Assembly: GCA_003707115.1 (NCBI GenBank)
Contig: PPNB01000004.1
Span: 496,001-560,000, forward strand
DNA from: Tortispora ganteri
Taxonomy: Eukaryota
Length of the DNA stretch: 64,000 nt
Reading direction: 5' to 3'
The notes below the pieces were generated by a model, which was given only the letters and a program-made list of their open reading frames with translations, was not told where the DNA came from and did no database searches. Below, piece by piece: positions 62,603 through 64,000 of this stretch (within the stretch, counting starts at the first letter, position 1; every line of letters begins with the position of its first letter). A program made the translations under genes and the position numbers.

Positions 62603-63322
62603 ATGACTGCACGAGTATGGATAGGCCTTGGATCACTCACAATCGGCGCTTCGATCGTGGCTTATGATCGGAATTTAGCCAAGAGATTTCCTACTCAAAC
62701 GCCACCAATTGGAATGCAATGTAATATGATTGCGTTAAGGCCACCGAAAGAAAGCACGTACGTTGATGAACTAATATGCTTTTCCGAAGAGCTGGGTTCT
62801 CCTTCAATGGATTTAGTCCTTGACGCGTTTAAGAGATCAACATATTATAAGTTTGAGAAGTTTATTGGCGCCAAATTACTAAGAATGTCGCCGAGCTCGC
62901 AGGCTCCAGTAGACTTTTATAACTACTCAGTAACCTCAGAACAACCTCTTGAACCTGATGCTATATACTCGATAAAGCGACAACTACCCAATTCTGTTTT
63001 GCTTCGATGGGAGCTGCCTTATACACTTATTCGTATATCTGAAATAAGTGCAAACCGTCTAATGTGCCCATGGAGACTAATGAACGGTGGTTGGTTGGAA
63101 TTCAATCGGGTCGACGAAACTCTGCTCATGGTCTTCGGCTTCGAATACAACCTGTCCGGCGGCGACAGTAAACGCATCCCTGATTTCCTGCGTCCAGTTC
63201 GCCTGTTTCTTTCAAGGTGCCTTTTTGCCTCTCTCTTAGCTCAGTTGCGTGCTATACCTTCACGCCCTTCCTTGAATGAGCTTCCTTCCTTGAATTTACC
63301 CACTCCGTCCTCAGGCGAATAG
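62603..63322 (+). CDS. Hypothetical protein with an N-terminal hydrophobic anchor
   Basis: 239-codon ATG-initiated ORF filling the space between GIR2 and NNR2; no family recognised. Confidence 0.65.
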   Translation: MTARVWIGLGSLTIGASIVAYDRNLAKRFPTQTPPIGMQCNMIALRPPKESTYVDELICFSEELGSPSMDLVLDAFKRSTYYKFEKFIGAKLLRMSPSSQAPVDFYNYSVTSEQPLEPDAIYSIKRQLPNSVLLRWELPYTLIRISEISANRLMCPWRLMNGGWLEFNRVDETLLMVFGFEYNLSGGDSKRIPDFLRPVRLFLSRCLFASLLAQLRAIPSRPSLNELPSLNLPTPSSGE

Positions 63323-63410
63323 TTCGTCTCCCAAATTTCAAAATGCCTCAGCCCACCCACACACATACACACCATTTTGATTTCTCTACATTTAATATAA
63401 CACCGCTCGC

Positions 63411-64000
63411 ATGCATTACGGTAACACTGCAGCTAAAAGAATTATTCCTCCGCTGAAAAAGTCATTTCATAAGGGCCAAGCCGGTAGAATAGCTGTTTTC
63501 GGAGGGTCCAAGGACTACACAGGCGCCCCATACTTTTCTGCAATGGCCGCGACCTTATTAGGCGCTGATCTCTCGCATGTTATATGTTCTCCCGAAGCAG
63601 CATCTGTTATAAAAACATACTCTCCCGACCTTATGGTACATCCCACTATAACCGACTTCGACTCCGTGCTTGACAGGGTTCATGTGTTAGTAGTGGGTCC
63701 CGGCCTGGGTCGGGATCCCGAAATGCAAAATGCCGCAGCTAAATGTATCGCCGCAGCTAAATCAAGAAATCTGCCCTTAGTAGTAGATGCAGATGGGCTT
63801 TGGCTGATTCAAAATCAACCTGATATTATCAAAGGGTATTCTCGTGCCGTTCTGACTCCTAATGTGGTGGAGTTCCAGCGTTTGCTTGAGGCAAGTGGAA
63901 TCTATGAAAATGGTAACACTGACGTGCAGGTCCTTTCGAACTATCTAGGTGTGGCAATTGTTCAAAAGGGAAGTTCTGATGTGATTGCGTACCCTGGGTT
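63411..64000 (+). CDS. NNR2: ATP-dependent NAD(P)HX dehydratase (YjeF C-terminal/CARKD); runs off the window end and is absent from the ORF track
   Basis: Translation by hand: [47 protein letters not shown]...GPGLGRD...VVDADGLWL...LTPNVVEF. Confidence 0.93.
   Translation, partial: MHYGNTAAKRIIPPLKKSFHKGQAGRIAVFGGSKDYTGAPYFSAMAATLLGADLSHVICSPEAASVIKTYSPDLMVHPTITDFDSVLDRVHVLVVGPGLGRDPEMQNAAAKCIAAAKSRNLPLVVDADGLWLIQNQPDIIKGYSRAVLTPNVVEFQRLLEASGIYENGNTDVQVLSNYLGVAIVQKGSSDVIAYPG

Noticed and set aside
1..64000. Mobile elements, CRISPR arrays, rRNA/tRNA genes, secondary metabolite cluster or horizontally acquired island
   Set aside because: No LTRs, transposase or RT motifs, spacer arrays or compositional island seen; nearly all space is taken by conserved eukaryotic housekeeping genes.

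Overview
Gene-dense, roughly 40% GC eukaryotic window from a compact yeast genome. Gene content, a few short 5'-proximal GT-AG introns with CTAAC branch points, and CTG read as Leu point to an ascomycete yeast outside the CTG clade, probably early-diverging Saccharomycotina (inference; the species cannot be fixed from sequence alone). About 44 protein-coding genes are present, nearly all conserved housekeeping genes (PalH/RIM21, COG5, VPS15, SEC61, GUA1, MDV1/CAF4, BCP1, JID1, YMC-type carrier, SDR, BCD1, RSM19, TAF10, RPF2, MTD1, MMS19, EMC3, SPC2, SIL1, HPM1, CYS3, SPT2, RPP2, RPS15, DEP1, NOP12, NUFIP/Rsa1-like, SGT2, VRL1, FUSC-like, PXMP4, COA3, ATG22, TAF1, TGS1, LARP1/SRO9, NAT1, SFT2, RTG3-like, GIR2, NNR2). 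Four introns missed by the ORF track were resolved by eye. I saw no tRNA, rRNA, transposon or CRISPR. Most notable: (1) a strongly diverged alpha-tubulin with Asp at the catalytic Glu254 position, altered GTP-binding loops and a truncated tail; (2) a La-related gene that keeps a degenerate LARP1 DM15 domain, with an apparent frameshift at its end and a 1044-nt AUG-free leader; (3) a 10-bp-periodic array of Ste12-type pheromone response elements upstream of a FUSC-like membrane protein gene; (4) fission-yeast-type HomolD/HomolE elements in the RPP2-RPS15 promoter; (5) several gene adjacencies shared with S. cerevisiae. All calls come from motif recognition and recall; no searches were run.
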